Origin: Eledone cirrhosa
Taxonomy: Eukaryota
Reading direction: 5' to 3'
Assembly (NCBI GenBank): GCA_964016885.1
Contig: OZ024745.1
Coordinates: forward strand, 16,430,001 to 16,494,000
Length of the DNA stretch: 64,000 nt
Part shown: positions 42,778-58,101 of the stretch, one piece after another
Layout: the number at the start of each line of letters is the position of its first letter
How positions within the stretch are numbered: the stretch's first letter is position 1
The notes under the pieces: model-generated
Database searches by the model: none
Told to the model about the DNA's origin: nothing
The model's input: only the letters and a program-made list of their open reading frames with translations
Program-made: the position numbers and the translations under genes

Positions 42778-42877
42778 TATATATATATACATAGGAAAAG
42801 ATTTAGGACCCACTCTACTAGCCCAAGTATCAAGTACCCTGGTGGGTTGTGGTCCACCTGGTATCTTACCACACCCT

Positions 42878-42918
<41 letters not shown>

Positions 42919-43002
42919 TTTCGGAGATAGACCCCCATAACCATATATATTCTGAAACTACATTGCCCAGGGTACTTGGATAAGTATATTTCATTTTAAT
43001 TA

Positions 43003-43250
43003 AAGGGTTCCGCTGTGGCAAAAACCCCGCTGAAATCTTTTTCCCTTCGATTTATATGAAATTTTAACCATAGGTAAATGACAATATATGATGCCTATTC
43101 ATAAAATGTCACCAAATTTCAATAATAAGACACTCTAATAGAGTTTTTCTCCATAAATGATATCACTGATTTAAAATCAATCATCATTTTCTTACAAAAA
43201 AGAAATGTGTGAAACGCAGCAAGGCGCGGGTAATTCGGCTATTCAGGCTA

Positions 43251-43251
<1 letters not shown>
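43003..43251 (+). mobile_element. Possible non-autonomous Helitron 3' end
   Basis: cgcagcaaggcgcggg hairpin-like motif followed ~17 nt later by CTAG|T. Confidence 0.4.
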
Positions 43252-43296
<45 letters not shown>

Positions 43297-43338
43297 CTTC
43301 AAAATATTAATAAATATAAGCATTCACGTGATCAAATA

Positions 43339-43404
43339 TATTTTATTATATATATTTCAGAGGTACTGTGTTGTTTCCTCAGTACGTCCTCATCAGATAA
43401 AATA
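43339..43404 (-). ncRNA. Intact type I hammerhead ribozyme motif
   Basis: TATTTTAT-CTGATGA (43390-43396)-ggacgtactg-aggaaacaaca-cagtacctct-GAAA-TATATA-TA|ATAAAATA. Perfect 8-bp stem I, 9 of 10 pairs in stem II, palindromic stem III. Confidence 0.85.
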
Positions 43405-43613
43405 GATTGATTGTCTGACATACCTCAACTGTGCTGATGGTTCAATTCCAGTCTTGACTATATATATATATATATATATATATTAGTCTTCAAATTTATT
43501 ATTATTACTATATATATATATACACTGTATATACATATATATATATATTTATAGGTATATACATATATACATATTTAGATATGTATATATATATGTATAT
43601 ATATATGTATATA

Positions 43614-43670
<57 letters not shown>

Positions 43671-44040
43671 TAAAATAACAGATTAAAGTTTAAGCAAAGA
43701 ATCGGTGCTTTCACCCTTAACGGAAACTTCTGCAACTAAAAAAGTAAATCTGTGAACGGAGAAGTAAATATTTCAAAAAACGTTGCAACCGAAGGAAGAC
43801 AGGAAGACGATACTTTGGTTCGTGGAAACGTTCCCTGGCAAAGAACGAAAAAAAACGAAGATATACGTCATTATTTGGTGCGGTGAAAACAATTACACGC
43901 AAAGACAAAACCACGTTTATGGTATAAATGAAGTTGTAGACTAATATTCTAATATTTGCTCTACGGTTCTCATATATCTGATATATATATTTATCCTTAT
44001 CGAGCCCTCTTTGGATTTTAGTCTTCAAATTTATTATTAT

Positions 44041-44078
<38 letters not shown>

Positions 44079-45129
44079 ATACTTTGGGAGGGTCATGTTG
44101 CTAAACAAGTTCAGAAACGAAATATATATATATATATATATCTGTATAATGGAAAAAAATGTAGGTGAAATGGAGCATGTACATTAAAAAACTATAAGGA
44201 TCATCGAAAGGTCAACAGCAGGTTTGATACTATTCTGTGTAAGGTGGTAGGACAATATGAGAAGTTACGCAAGTGTTATATATAGGTTAGACAGATAAGG
44301 CAAAGGATAAATTGCTTACATTAGGTATAGCCGTGTATAGTCCTTAGTTCAAATGTCGTTGAGGTTAACTTTGAATATCAGCCCTTCAAAGTTATCGATA
44401 AAATAATATATCATTCATGTATTAGGGTTGATATGCTTTTTGATAACAACACTCGCCTTACATATTTTTTAGTGTTTATACTTATATCAAAACCTTGCAG
44501 GATTATTTTATGTAAAATATTTTGTTATGTAATATTCCAAACAATAGATTAAGAATGACAATTCTGTTATTTTACTATTATTATTTCCAAACGAAATTGA
44601 AACACGGGGAATTTCTTTAGCTATATGGTCAGGAATGTTGCTGTGTTAGAAATCAATAAATGAACACATGCTGATTTTCTTTGTACTGTTATGAATGCAT
44701 GGTCGAAGATATGGTAATAAACCACCCATAAAGGGATGTCGATTAAACTGTTTAATTCTATAGTAACGTAGTTATGTGTCATAGGAAGGTAGTTATGTGG
44801 TATAGTAAGGTAGTTAAGGGATAGAGAAACCTTTATTATATTATCAGTTATTGTCTAGTTAACTTTCACTTTTTATAAGCATGACTCATACTGTTTATAT
44901 ATATGACTCAGTATGTTTATAAAAATAGAATCTGAACATAAGTCTCGCTCCAGCCTGAAAGAATACAATAATATAAAAAACAAAAAAAAAACGAATATTT
45001 GCAGACAACTAAAAGACAGACGAACAGACAGACACACAGGCATGCACACAGACACACGAACACACACACACACAACTACACACTATAATTATCGCGTGAT
45101 TTGAAAGAAACATAGCTGCTATTTCTTGC

Positions 45130-45470
45130 AAGTTAAACGTTCATCCCGGTATTCCTCACTGGTAGTATCAATACGGTCCAATACAATCCTGGGCCTTTTC
45201 ACTCCTGTTGGGGGAACCTCTCCTCATTTGACTTCCACCGCCTTCTGTTTGGTTTTAATCATATCAGGGGTGAAACCTTACATACCACGCTTGGCCAGGT
45301 ATAGGTCGGGGAGACTATTTAACCCACATTTGGGGGGGATGGCCATTGACTCTGAGGAGTTCATCCATCTTTTTGCTGGGGTTCAACATGTTCTTCCCTC
45401 CCGAACAGAAGTAGGTTGCACTGGGTTACATGGTACCAGTAGCAGGCAGAAGCCTCACCTGATCATCAAT
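45130..45470 (-). mobile_element. Probable RTE-type 5'-UTR-like retroposon fragment
   Basis: GC-richer island whose minus strand (aagaacatgttgaaccccagcaaaaagatggatgaactcctcagagtcaatggcc) is reminiscent of RTE leader sequences. Recalled similarity only. Confidence 0.3.
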
Positions 45471-45557
45471 ATAGTCATTAGTAATAACTGTTTTTCTTCT
45501 TTCTCTCTCACAAAAATGTTGATCTCCGCCCTGAAACAGAAAAAAATCAATAATCGT

Positions 45558-46385
45558 TTCCAAAGGCCAGCAATTTGAAGGGAAGGAGAAAGTTGATTAA
45601 ATCGACCCCAGTGCGTTACTGGTACTTTATTTTATCGACCATGTAAAGATGAAAGGGAAACGGCTGGATTTGAACTTAGAGAACCGGAAAAATAATGTCT
45701 TCTTATTTAGGCACAAGACGTTCAATTTTGTGAGAGGGAAAAGTCGATTAAATCTAACCCAATGAATTACTGGTACATTATTTTATCGAGACTGTAAGGA
45801 TGAGAGCAAAGCTAATCCCGGCTGAATTTGGACTCAGAACGTAGGGAGCCGGAACAAATAATGCTTTATTATTTAGGCACAAGGCCAGCAATTTTGGTGG
45901 AGAGAAAAGTCGATTAAATCTAGACCAGTGAATTACTGGTACTTTATTTTATCAACACCCTAAAGATGAAAGGCAAAGCTAATCTTGGCGAGATTTGAAC
46001 TCAGAACATAGAAAGCCGGAACAAATAATTGTTTCTACGTTTGGCACAAGGCCAGCAGTAACCCAGTGCATTACTGGTACTTTATTTTATCGACCCCGGA
46101 AGGATGAAAGGCAAAGATAACCTCGGCGGGATTTGAACTCAGAATGGCAAGGGCCGTAACTCTATGCGTCAAAGCATGGTGTCCGACCATCTACCGATAC
46201 TGCCAATAATGCTTTCTTATTTAGGCACAAGGCCAGCAATTTTGGTGGAGAGAAAAGTCGATTAAATCTATTCAGTGACTTACTGGTACTTTATTTTATC
46301 GACACCCTAAGGTAAAGCTAATTTTGAAAGGTAAAGCTAAGTTTGGCGAGATTTGAACTGAGAACATAGAGAGCGGGAACAAGGA
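45558..46385 (-). mobile_element. Head-to-tail array of ~5 Nin-domain SINE units
   Basis: Units begin at ~45560, 45695, 45860, 46027 and 46208. Only the fourth retains a full tRNA head. Confidence 0.88.
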
Positions 46386-46793
46386 ATGCTCACGCTCGGT
46401 AGCAACTGTGTTGGAATGTCTTTAACTTTCGGTTGGTATATTTAAAAAGATTGAATCAACAGGCAATATTTCCTACATGTTATAATAAACTATGACATTG
46501 CTAGATGTTTTATAGTGTTATAGGGAATGCTGGCAGAAAGTCATAAATCATGATATTACTAAGAGAAATATATTGTTCATTCACAGACATGCGTGCGCAC
46601 ACATACAGACACACGCACACACATGCACACACACATACATGCATGCAGGTACACACAGACATTCACATATAAATATAAATAGATATTTATGTATGAATAT
46701 ATATATGTGTGTGTGTGTACATATGTATTTGAAAATATGTATACACACACACACACACATATGTATATATGGGTGTGTATGTATTTCTGTATG

Positions 46794-46896
<103 letters not shown>

Positions 46897-47214
46897 TCAT
46901 ATATATCATTTCTTTACATTTTCGGATTGAACTAATAGTGAATGCAAGTTATAAACAAAAAATAAAACCAATCAACCACATAAAATAAAACAGCACATGT
47001 ATAAATAACCGTTACTTGTGTAATAGAATGTTGGAAATCTTGGTACATTTGACTGTTTTCTATATATACAGAGATACAGTAGATGGCTCCTCTGAATGGT
47101 CTTTGTAGTAACGTGACTCGTTAGAATGTGTAGCTCGGGGACCAGAGAATCACTCCGAGTAGAGTCACTACTCCTCTTGGTCTTTGTAGTAACGTGACTC
47201 AATAGATTGCGTAG

Positions 47215-47550
47215 CTCGGCGATCAGAGAGTCACTCCAGGCAGAGCCACGACTTCTCCGAATTGAGGGATCACCACTCCGATACTATGAGCATGTGGTTA
47301 GAATGGGCCAGGGATGAATTACTGGACAGATTTTACAGGCAAAAATCAACTGGCAGGAGACCCAGGGGTAGACCCGCATCAAGATGGTTGGATAACATCC
47401 ATGAGCTTGGCTGGTCTCGCTTGGAGATCCAGTCGGATCAGTTAGAGATGGTTGCTTCTGACAGGACCCACTTGAAGGAGTGTTTGAGGACTCTGCCCGC
47501 ACGACCCTCTCCGGAATAAGTACAACAACAACAACAACAACAACAACAAA
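47215..47550 (+). mobile_element. RTE-type LINE 3' end with (CAA)n tail
   Basis: TGRRPRGRPASRWLDNI...VASDRTHLKE motif, stop at 47519, then (ACA)n. Confidence 0.8.
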
Positions 47551-47959
47551 CATGTAAACAGCAGTTAATTGTTTAATAGAATGTTGAAATATCTTGGTAC
47601 ATTTGACTCTTTACTATACATACAGATTCTTTAGACGAACATACATTTAACAAGAACCAATTTTCTGTTTTGGACAGGACAGCTATCGACTTATGGCTAA
47701 CTCTCTCGTATACGATTGTCATTGGATTATTTCCCAAGAAATTCTCCGGTATATTATGTGATATATTGAAGCGGTGAGGAGAGCTGGGGTGTGTTTGGCG
47801 GCAAAATACTGAAAGCAGCAAGCTGAACAGATGATCTATTCAAAACATTGCCAGGCTTGTAACGGGATTTCTTTCCCGAGAATAAATCTTCGTTTACCTG
47901 AAATTTGCAATGTATGATTCATATGGTGTATATTTCTAATAACACAGTAGTTCGACGTA

Positions 47960-48058
<99 letters not shown>

Positions 48059-48065
48059 TATACAT

Positions 48066-48110
<45 letters not shown>

Positions 48111-48315
48111 TATACATACATATATATATATGTATATATATGTACAGGACAAAGACAATGGATTAAACAACCATAACACGTTTTTGTTAATTATTCCATT
48201 GTCTTTATGTCTTTATGTCTTTATACTTTGAATTCATATTCGAAAGACTTAATCATGCGGGGATTTTTTGAAACTATACATACATATATGTATATATATA
48301 TATATATATATATAA

Positions 48316-48437
<122 letters not shown>

Positions 48438-49095
48438 TGAGATAAATATATAGATAGATCAATAAGAGAGTTTTACAAGTAGGACTCCAGGATCCAGAAA
48501 GGGCCGGAAATACGCCAATATGTTCGTTGGCCACATTAAGACTCAGATCTTCTTCCGCTATACAGGAGACTTCTGATTGTAAAATGCTCAGCCACTCACA
48601 CGTTAATCCAACGAGGAGATTGGTACATTCTTCGAACAACTGGTTCACCCAACACATATTGATATGTGTTCATGTAAGAATAGTTATGGGTGCGTATCTA
48701 AACGAGAAATTCTTAGGCTGACAAAGATACTCTCATGGAATGAACAAACGAGGTTTATTTCCCAACATAATCCCTGGAAAGTAATAATGCAGTTATGAAT
48801 AAAAAAGAGGAAATTAATGTAGACTAGATTTCACAGCTCTAACATCAATACTTCATAATCAGCCTATCTATATTTTATAATCACTGCCTGTATGTCTCTA
48901 GACATACATATATCAGTACCAATCTCTCTCTTTCTTTCTTTCTTTCATTCTTTCTTTCTTCCTTTCTTTCTCTCTCTCTCTCACTCTCTCTACATAGACA
49001 CATACACATATGTACATACATCCATATAAAGTCATTGATACTCGTTGTAGATACATAGATACACGGTGAACTATTTATTGTTGTGTTTATATGTA

Positions 49096-49130
<35 letters not shown>

Positions 49131-49155
49131 ATATATACATATATATACACACACA

Positions 49156-49222
<67 letters not shown>

Positions 49223-51888
49223 CATACATCCACAAACATATTGGAAGATTGATAGAAAAATAGAAAACTATATTAAGGGCATAAAAATATACTTGACCCC
49301 TGTTGTTTAAAGTAATCTATCATTTTATTCCTTTCATAACAAGAATGTCTTTACCAAACAACAACAACAAGAATACACATGCGACTTTGATAAATTAATT
49401 CCTTAGGTATGTAGGATGCTTGATGTGAGGAAAATAAATTCTGTGTATTCTATACATTTATCCTGTGATATTTTCATATTTATTCAATATTTCTATTCAT
49501 GAATACCTTGCCTATAACAATATCATTATCATTCTCATATGTGATATTTATTACACCACAGACATCACGGGTCACTTCGAGGTTTATGTATCACTATGTA
49601 GCTATTATATAGGGGGCAGTGTCTCCGTTAAAACGATGTCTTGTGTCCAGTATTCCGAGTTAGATTTTAGTAACTGGCAAGATCTGTTGAATATTTAGAA
49701 AACGAGGGCGGCTGAATATGTGACAAATGTTTGTATGTTTTCAAAGACCAGGATATATTCCTGCAGAGATTGAAGTGTTTTGCGAGTGTAATTGCCAGCT
49801 CTGTCGTGACTTATATGAGAGTAAAGTGTAAAGAAACACTGTTAGGAACAGTGACCTAATTGTATTAAAGTGACTGAAGGTATGATAACGTCCTTATTCA
49901 AATGGTAGAGTAAGAACAAACATGTTTTTCTTTTACATAATGAGTTAATGCACAGTTGGATGCAAAGTAGACAGCAAACGTGAAATCTCCCCCTGAGTCT
50001 ATATTTCTAACCATGCTAGCATGGTTGAAATGTGAAGAGAAGAGGTGTTCTTAAACGTTGGCAATTCAGCTTTGAATATGGAACTAGGGCACATTTTGCA
50101 TTTCAGATTGTTTTATAGGAGTTGCAGCTATGGAAGGGGAACTTTTCCAATTTTTTTTAGGCTCTATCATTTTGTTTGATCTCCTCAATGGAGAAAAAAT
50201 ATATGATCGAGTATTTGGTGTTGATTATAGAAGATCACTCGAGTAGAAGAAACAAAGTCATTTAGAGGAATAAGAAGAGAGGCTTTGTGTGAGAGTGATA
50301 GATATATAAAAACAACAAGTGATACTGGGGAGATAGGAATCTACATAGAGATGTACACTAACTGTCACAGTGAAATATGAGTATGAATGTGTGTTTCTGA
50401 GAATACAGCATGATATGCTGTAATAGGATGAGATATGTGAAGCACATGCTTGTAACAGGATGAGATATGTGAAGCACAGAATAGAACAAGGGCTACGAAT
50501 ATTCAAAAAGAAGAGGGTGAATAGACCAACAGACTTAGCCTTATTCCTTGATTAAAATATAAAAAAAAGTTATTAGAAATTCCAAGTAACCTCTACTACT
50601 ATCTCGAAACGTGAATGCATCCCATTTTGATGTCAGTGGTTTTAACTTATCGCCTTGAAATCCTAAACTGGTTAGTTTATTTCTCTTGAATAACAGAACA
50701 TATTAAGAAATTATACTCTAAGGAGGACTCCACAAACCAGGGTTTCGTGATATCATAATATCTGAAAAAATACGTTGCTGTCACAGATGTGAACTTGCAG
50801 TGAATATAGTTACATTTTGAAAGCGCATTATATATCTCGTCAGAAATCTTATTCAAAGATAGCAACAGAGTAAACTTCGGTAACGTTACTCTAGGGTAAG
50901 CGCGAGTATGCGTGTGGGTGCACGTTTGTGTGTGTATGTGTGGGTGCGTGTATGTGCGTATGTGTGTGGGTGTGTTAGCAGCAAAACTTCTTTTATTCAG
51001 TATTGATTATGCGGTTTAGGTTTAGTATGTACGTGTAATAGTGCTATTTATGCAGCATTTCAAGGTTAATTAATGCAAGGACGTCAACACAAATCATACG
51101 ACAACAACAGCAATATTTGAACCTAATTGTTAGCGACTGATTTAATGAGATTCTGTTGCCATAAGAGTTATTGTAACAAACGAAGAAATGGAACACATCA
51201 TGGTATTATTGTTATCTCTAATGTAATAGAATAAGTAAAATAACTTTCTTGAAAATGTACAAATAGATGTCTAGAGATCTAAGTATTCGTAAAGACTGGC
51301 AGAATTTTGGCTTCAATTCGAAAAATTGGAAAATTCTTATCAAGTGCCTATATATATTTAGTACTGGTTTTCATTGAAATATTTCTTAACTTGATGCAGT
51401 ACTAGAAATAGTCTTCCCAAATGCATAATATAAAAGTGGAAAATATAAAGAAGAAAAATGTAATAATGGTTTAAATACTAGTAGACAAATTGCCATTTTC
51501 TGTTAATGCCTTTCAACCAGAACGTTCACAGAGATAATGGTCATTGAAAAATTACTCCATTCATCTATCTCGATGTTATATTTTGTAGAGAATTATCTTC
51601 TGCTTTTCTCTTGAATAGAAAGAAAAAATTTCTATCGAAAAAGTTTCACTATATTCTTGACAAATTTCAACGGACAAATTAAGATGATTACTGTCAGTTT
51701 ATATAATGTGTAATATTATTGTGCCAGAAGGTACAATATTTGATGCAGCAATACAAACACTATAGAATCTGCTCTCTCTCTCTCCGTGTTTTCTCTCTCA
51801 TCCATACACATATAGAGGCAGAACGCCTACTAAACGTGTTAGGTGAGTGTTGTATACAAGTTTAGGTATAGACAAATACAAAATACAC

Positions 51889-51979
<91 letters not shown>

Positions 51980-52124
51980 CGTATATTTATGTATGTGTTT
52001 CTGGGTTCATCATATCTCGAACTACACGCACAAACACACACGCATATATATATACTTATATGTAAAATATAAAAATAATGAGAGCAATATATCATAAATC
52101 ATATCATTAGAATTATTAGATAAA

Positions 52125-52826
<702 letters not shown>

Positions 52827-52892
52827 GTGGAACACTAGAAGGTAATTCCCGTAGTGGTAGAGGACTCAGTCCATGGGACGAATTAGGTAGAA

Positions 52893-53273
<381 letters not shown>

Positions 53274-53554
53274 GGTTACTATGTATATACACAAACATTG
53301 CAACAGGAAATTTAAAAAAAAAATGAAATAAATGAAAAGTTCTCTTGATCAGATAATAACAGCATGAGTTCCACAATACAATTAAATTGGTACACTTGTG
53401 TCCTTTGAATGTTTCGAAGAAATTAAATTAACTAGCTTGTTGTTTTCTGTCGATAGACCGAATAAAGTTTATATTCAATGAAACACAGTATAATATTTAT
53501 ACTAAAAACTCGAAAGTAAAACTACACAGTATTAAATAATATACTAAATATAAA

Positions 53555-53740
53555 GGGCAGTGAATTGGCAGTATCTGTGGAGGGTTGGACATGCTTTCCA
53601 GCATAGTTACGTCCCTTTGCGTTCTGAGTTCAAATCCCACCGAGGTTAACTTTGCCTTTCATCCTTACGGGGTCGATAAAATAAAGTACCAGTAATGTAC
53701 TGGTGAATTGCTGGCCTTGTGCCAAAAGTAGAAACAATTA
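53555..53740 (+). mobile_element. Nin-domain SINE
   Basis: A/B boxes plus family core. Confidence 0.85.
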
Positions 53741-54253
53741 AATAATATACTAAATAGAATAATGGTGCTTGCTTTAGTCACAAGGCTCAAGAATGTCCAA
53801 TCTGATACTGAATAGAATAGACTATATCAAGTATATGGCTATGGGTTTGATCAATAGAAAATGTGTGGAATCCTACAATATTTCCTTATTGTTGTCTCGT
53901 ACATTACAATAAGGAACCTATAATTTCATACACATTTAGTCTCACCAGTATGTTCTCTTTCTATGTACACACATTCACACACACTCACACACACGTACTT
54001 AAGTGCGTATATAGACACACCCACGAATGCGTAATGAAATATTTGTCTAATTATAGTCTTTTTCTTATTTCTAACACTAATCGATTCTCTTCCTATCACT
54101 CCTTCTTGTTTAGCCTCTATATATTTTGGTGTTTATGTAATGTGTGGGTTTGTGTGGGTGTGACTATGTATATAATATTTTTTATTGAAAGTCACTGCTC
54201 ATGATTTTTAATAAAGTTTAAATTTAATCAAGAACATGTATGTGTGTGTATTT

Positions 54254-54379
<126 letters not shown>

Positions 54380-54433
54380 AATTTAAAAGTAGGATGACAT
54401 ATATATATAATAAACACATCAAACAATTACAGG

Positions 54434-54487
<54 letters not shown>

Positions 54488-55629
54488 TAATTAATTAAAG
54501 GTTAATCAGTCTCTAATACCCAAACATCTCGATGAAAGAAAATCTTTCAGAGAAGCAATATTATATATTAAAATTAAATGAGAAAAAATCTAATTCTGGG
54601 AATATAAACAAGATAGACAAAAACATTTTTCTATCTAACTTCGCTTATATATAGATCTCCCTATCATGGTTCGTATAAGAAAATTATTATTGGAAACACA
54701 AATAATTGAAAATTCCCCCTCATTCTTCAGGGGGGTATAATTCTTCCAGTCTAAGAGAAATGGAACAAGATATAATACATTCTCTTTTCAGACGGTCTTC
54801 AGACTTCTGTTACTAGCGACATTATAAGCCTGTTAAGTAATCATAAAATGTTAGGAGATTTGAGAATGTAACACCTAGCACTACGCGTGTTTTTTATTTT
54901 ACCATGCTGCCTCGGCTAACGTGAAGGGGTTTACCCTACAATCTTAATGTCCGGGAAACGTTGCTAGCACGTGGCATCTAGGGAAAGTGTCATTTCCTAC
55001 AACCTTAGGTCGTGCTAAGCTGGGTTGACGGAATCTGTTCGGAAGCTCATAAAATTAAATATACCCGTAATTTAAATGACCAACCATGTTACATACAGTG
55101 TCACGATGAATCTCCCTGAGAATTACGTCAGCATTGCACATGTCTGAAGAGTGATAAACTACTTGCTCGTTCATTTCATATCTTTGGCGGGCTATTTCGT
55201 CGACCAAACAATTGGAAAACTCATCGTTAAACTAACTCTAATATTTGTCTTAAAGCACACATATATATTTCCCAATTAGAGTGTTAAGGCAATAATTTCA
55301 ATCTAGAATAGAATAGCGTTTGGTTTTAGTCCAGAACTTTCTATAACTATAATATCAAAGATGAGATGTGAAACAAAATAAAAATAAAAAAGAGCAAATA
55401 TACAAACAAATACACACAAAATCTTGAAGTGTGTTTTGACAAATGATATGTATTTCTGAGTCTCATTGCTTCAGTTCAACATTTTGTAGAAACGGAAGTT
55501 GTCAACTTGACATCCGAGATTTCAGTGTTTACATATAAATTGTTGATATCTTTAAAATATAGTTGACTTTGAGTTCCTACTTATCCACCCATCTATCTAT
55601 TTATCTATCTATCTTTCTATCTATCTATC

Positions 55630-56962
55630 AGACTGGTGGCCGTATATACCTCGACTGGGACATCGCGACCAGAGTTCTTCAAGCGTCTGGAGCCATTCCT
55701 AGGAACCTCTCGCTCCTTAGTGTTAGCGGGAGACTGGAATGGCATCTTAGACGCATGTTGGGACTATGTAGGATCTTGTGATAATAGAGGGGTGTAATAG
55801 CCTCAAAAATCTCATCAGCCAACTTCAACTGGCTGATAGATATCGACTAGACTTCCCAACTGCACCACTGTGGACGTGGAGCAACCGCACTGGGTCTTCT
55901 AGATCGTATTTAGATAGATTTTTAATTAGGCATAATGATAAGGAAACATTAAGCTGTCCACAAATGCACAAGGTTGCCTATTCAGACCACAAATTAGTCA
56001 CCTGCGTAGTCAACCTTGATAGAACACATAGACAGGGACCCGGATACCGGAAGCTAAACATGTCGCTCCCGGCGCGTAATGCCTACAGTAAACGGATTAG
56101 CACCTTAGTTAAGTGTCAGTTGACGGGGGCGATCGTCAACAACAGGTGGTGGATCTCTCTCAAGAGAGCAATTAGAATAGAATCGATAGCATTTAGCAAG
56201 GAAGTAGCTTTAGAAAAAAACAAAACTGAAAAGGAATTGGTAGCTAAAATAGAAGAGGCACTTAGGAATGGCAGTACAGCTGACGTGCTAGCGGCGATAA
56301 CGGCACTAGACCAGTTCTTCAACGTGAAACACGAAGGTTGTATTGTCAGAAGTAGAACACGTGCTCTAAGAAACGAAGGAGCCAAATCTTTTAGTTGGGC
56401 CCGAGTGGCAGAGGCGAAAAGTGGCAACAAATCCACAATTCGGTCTTTGCAAGACAAAAATGGACGCATTATACTTGAATCCAAGCAGATGTGCGCGGTC
56501 TTCCAGCAGCATTTTGCACAACTGTTCGGGCAAAGCGGTACATCGAGCGAGTTGATGGACTTCAGCTCCTACCTCGACGGCGTACCGCGACTCTCGAGCA
56601 CGGATGCGGAGAGCTGCGAAAGGCCGATCACATTGGGAGAAATAGAAGATGCCTTAGGCCGCTGCGGGAAACGCAAATTACCCGGTTTAGATGGTCTACC
56701 CTATGAGTTTTACATAGGAAGATAAACAGAGGGAAGACAGGAACACCTACAAAACGTGTTCCTGGTTTTGAGGGTAGTTCTATCCACGGGGTGTAAAAAA
56801 ACCCTGCAGTAACGTTCCCCCCTATTGGGGATTTCAATTGTTATTTTATTATATATAGTTTGTTGTTATTTATTAATGTTAAAGTTATTTTTATGTAAAA
56901 CCCCCGCCGTCACGTCTTGTAATGTTCAATTTTTGTACGCCCCTGTGGCAAATAAAGAAAGA
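55630..56962 (+). mobile_element. Tx1/L1-type LINE copy 1: 5'-truncated, internally deleted, with 3' UTR and AATAAA, bounded by (TATC)n
   Basis: EN C-terminus (SRSYLDR, SDHK) to PGLDGLPYEFY, then an abrupt jump near 56715 to the 3' UTR ending gcaaataaagaaagatatctatctatc. Confidence 0.85.
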
Positions 56963-56979
56963 TATCTATCTATCTATCA

Positions 56980-58064
56980 TTTTGGTGGGAAAGTCTTCCA
57001 GAGGCACATTCAATGGTACAAGCATGGAAGTTCTAGTCCAAATGAGGCCAGAATGGATAGCTAAAATACCCCAACGTGTGCCTCTGGATGGAATTTCACA
57101 CATAAACATTTCTGTTGAGGGTAAGCAGCCTTCATGTTACCACTGTTTAAGCAGGGGTCACCTGAAGGCTTACTGTCCTCAGTTAACTAAAAAAAAAAGA
57201 GGCACTACTGCCAACACCCAAAACAACAACACAACCACCACCACCACCACCACCACAACAACAACAACAACACGCAAACACAACCAAAACAAGAACAATA
57301 AACCAACCTGCAAACACAGTCCCACCCAACCCCACTCTACCTAAAACCACTGCAAAAACACCCACAAACACAACAGCTCCCCAACACATACCCCTTCCAA
57401 ATAACACAGACACTACAACGGACGAGGCACCCATATCATCACCAAGTGATGATGAGGGAGAGCCTCTCCGCTCGAAAAGAAAGAAGAAAAGACACCACAA
57501 GAACAAAAAAACAACAAACATCACTAGAAACATACAACCACCAACACAAACAACACAAACATTACAAACAAAAACCACCAGTCCCGAAAACAAAACCACG
57601 ACATCACTCCAAACAAACACCTACAACAAAACGAAAGCTCCCACAAGAACAACAGCCAAACACCACTGCAACACAACAAGAACATTACACATACATAAAC
57701 AGTAAAAACAAAACTTTAATGGAGGTCATCTGCAACGACCCTTCGGTGAAAACGAGTGAAAACCGGTGAAAACCGAAGGGAAAACTTTTTCGAACTGTGT
57801 AGACAAACCTAATTTAAAGATGATTAGGGTCCCTACGGACATCTATAAGTCTTTAAAGGAAAATTTCCTAAGGACGTGGGTAATGCTTGTGTTAAACCCA
57901 TTAACCGCGTCCTTTTAAAAAGTTTCACCACACTCACGCCAGACACCCCCACACCACCAAACATCTCCGTCCCCACCCCGCCGGAAACCACCACCCACCC
58001 AGACAACTCGTCTAACACCCCCATGGAAACCGTGCGGCCTGATCCCCGGGAGACGACGAGGTGA
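56980..58064 (+). pseudogene. Tx1-type ORF1 remnant (CCHC zinc knuckle, low-complexity tail)
   Basis: VEGKQPSCYHCLSRGHLKAYCP. Frameshifted; directly upstream of ORF2. Confidence 0.75.
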
Positions 58065-58101
58065 GTGTTTTCTTCTCCTCTTTGAACTTTTCAGAACCAA
58101 C

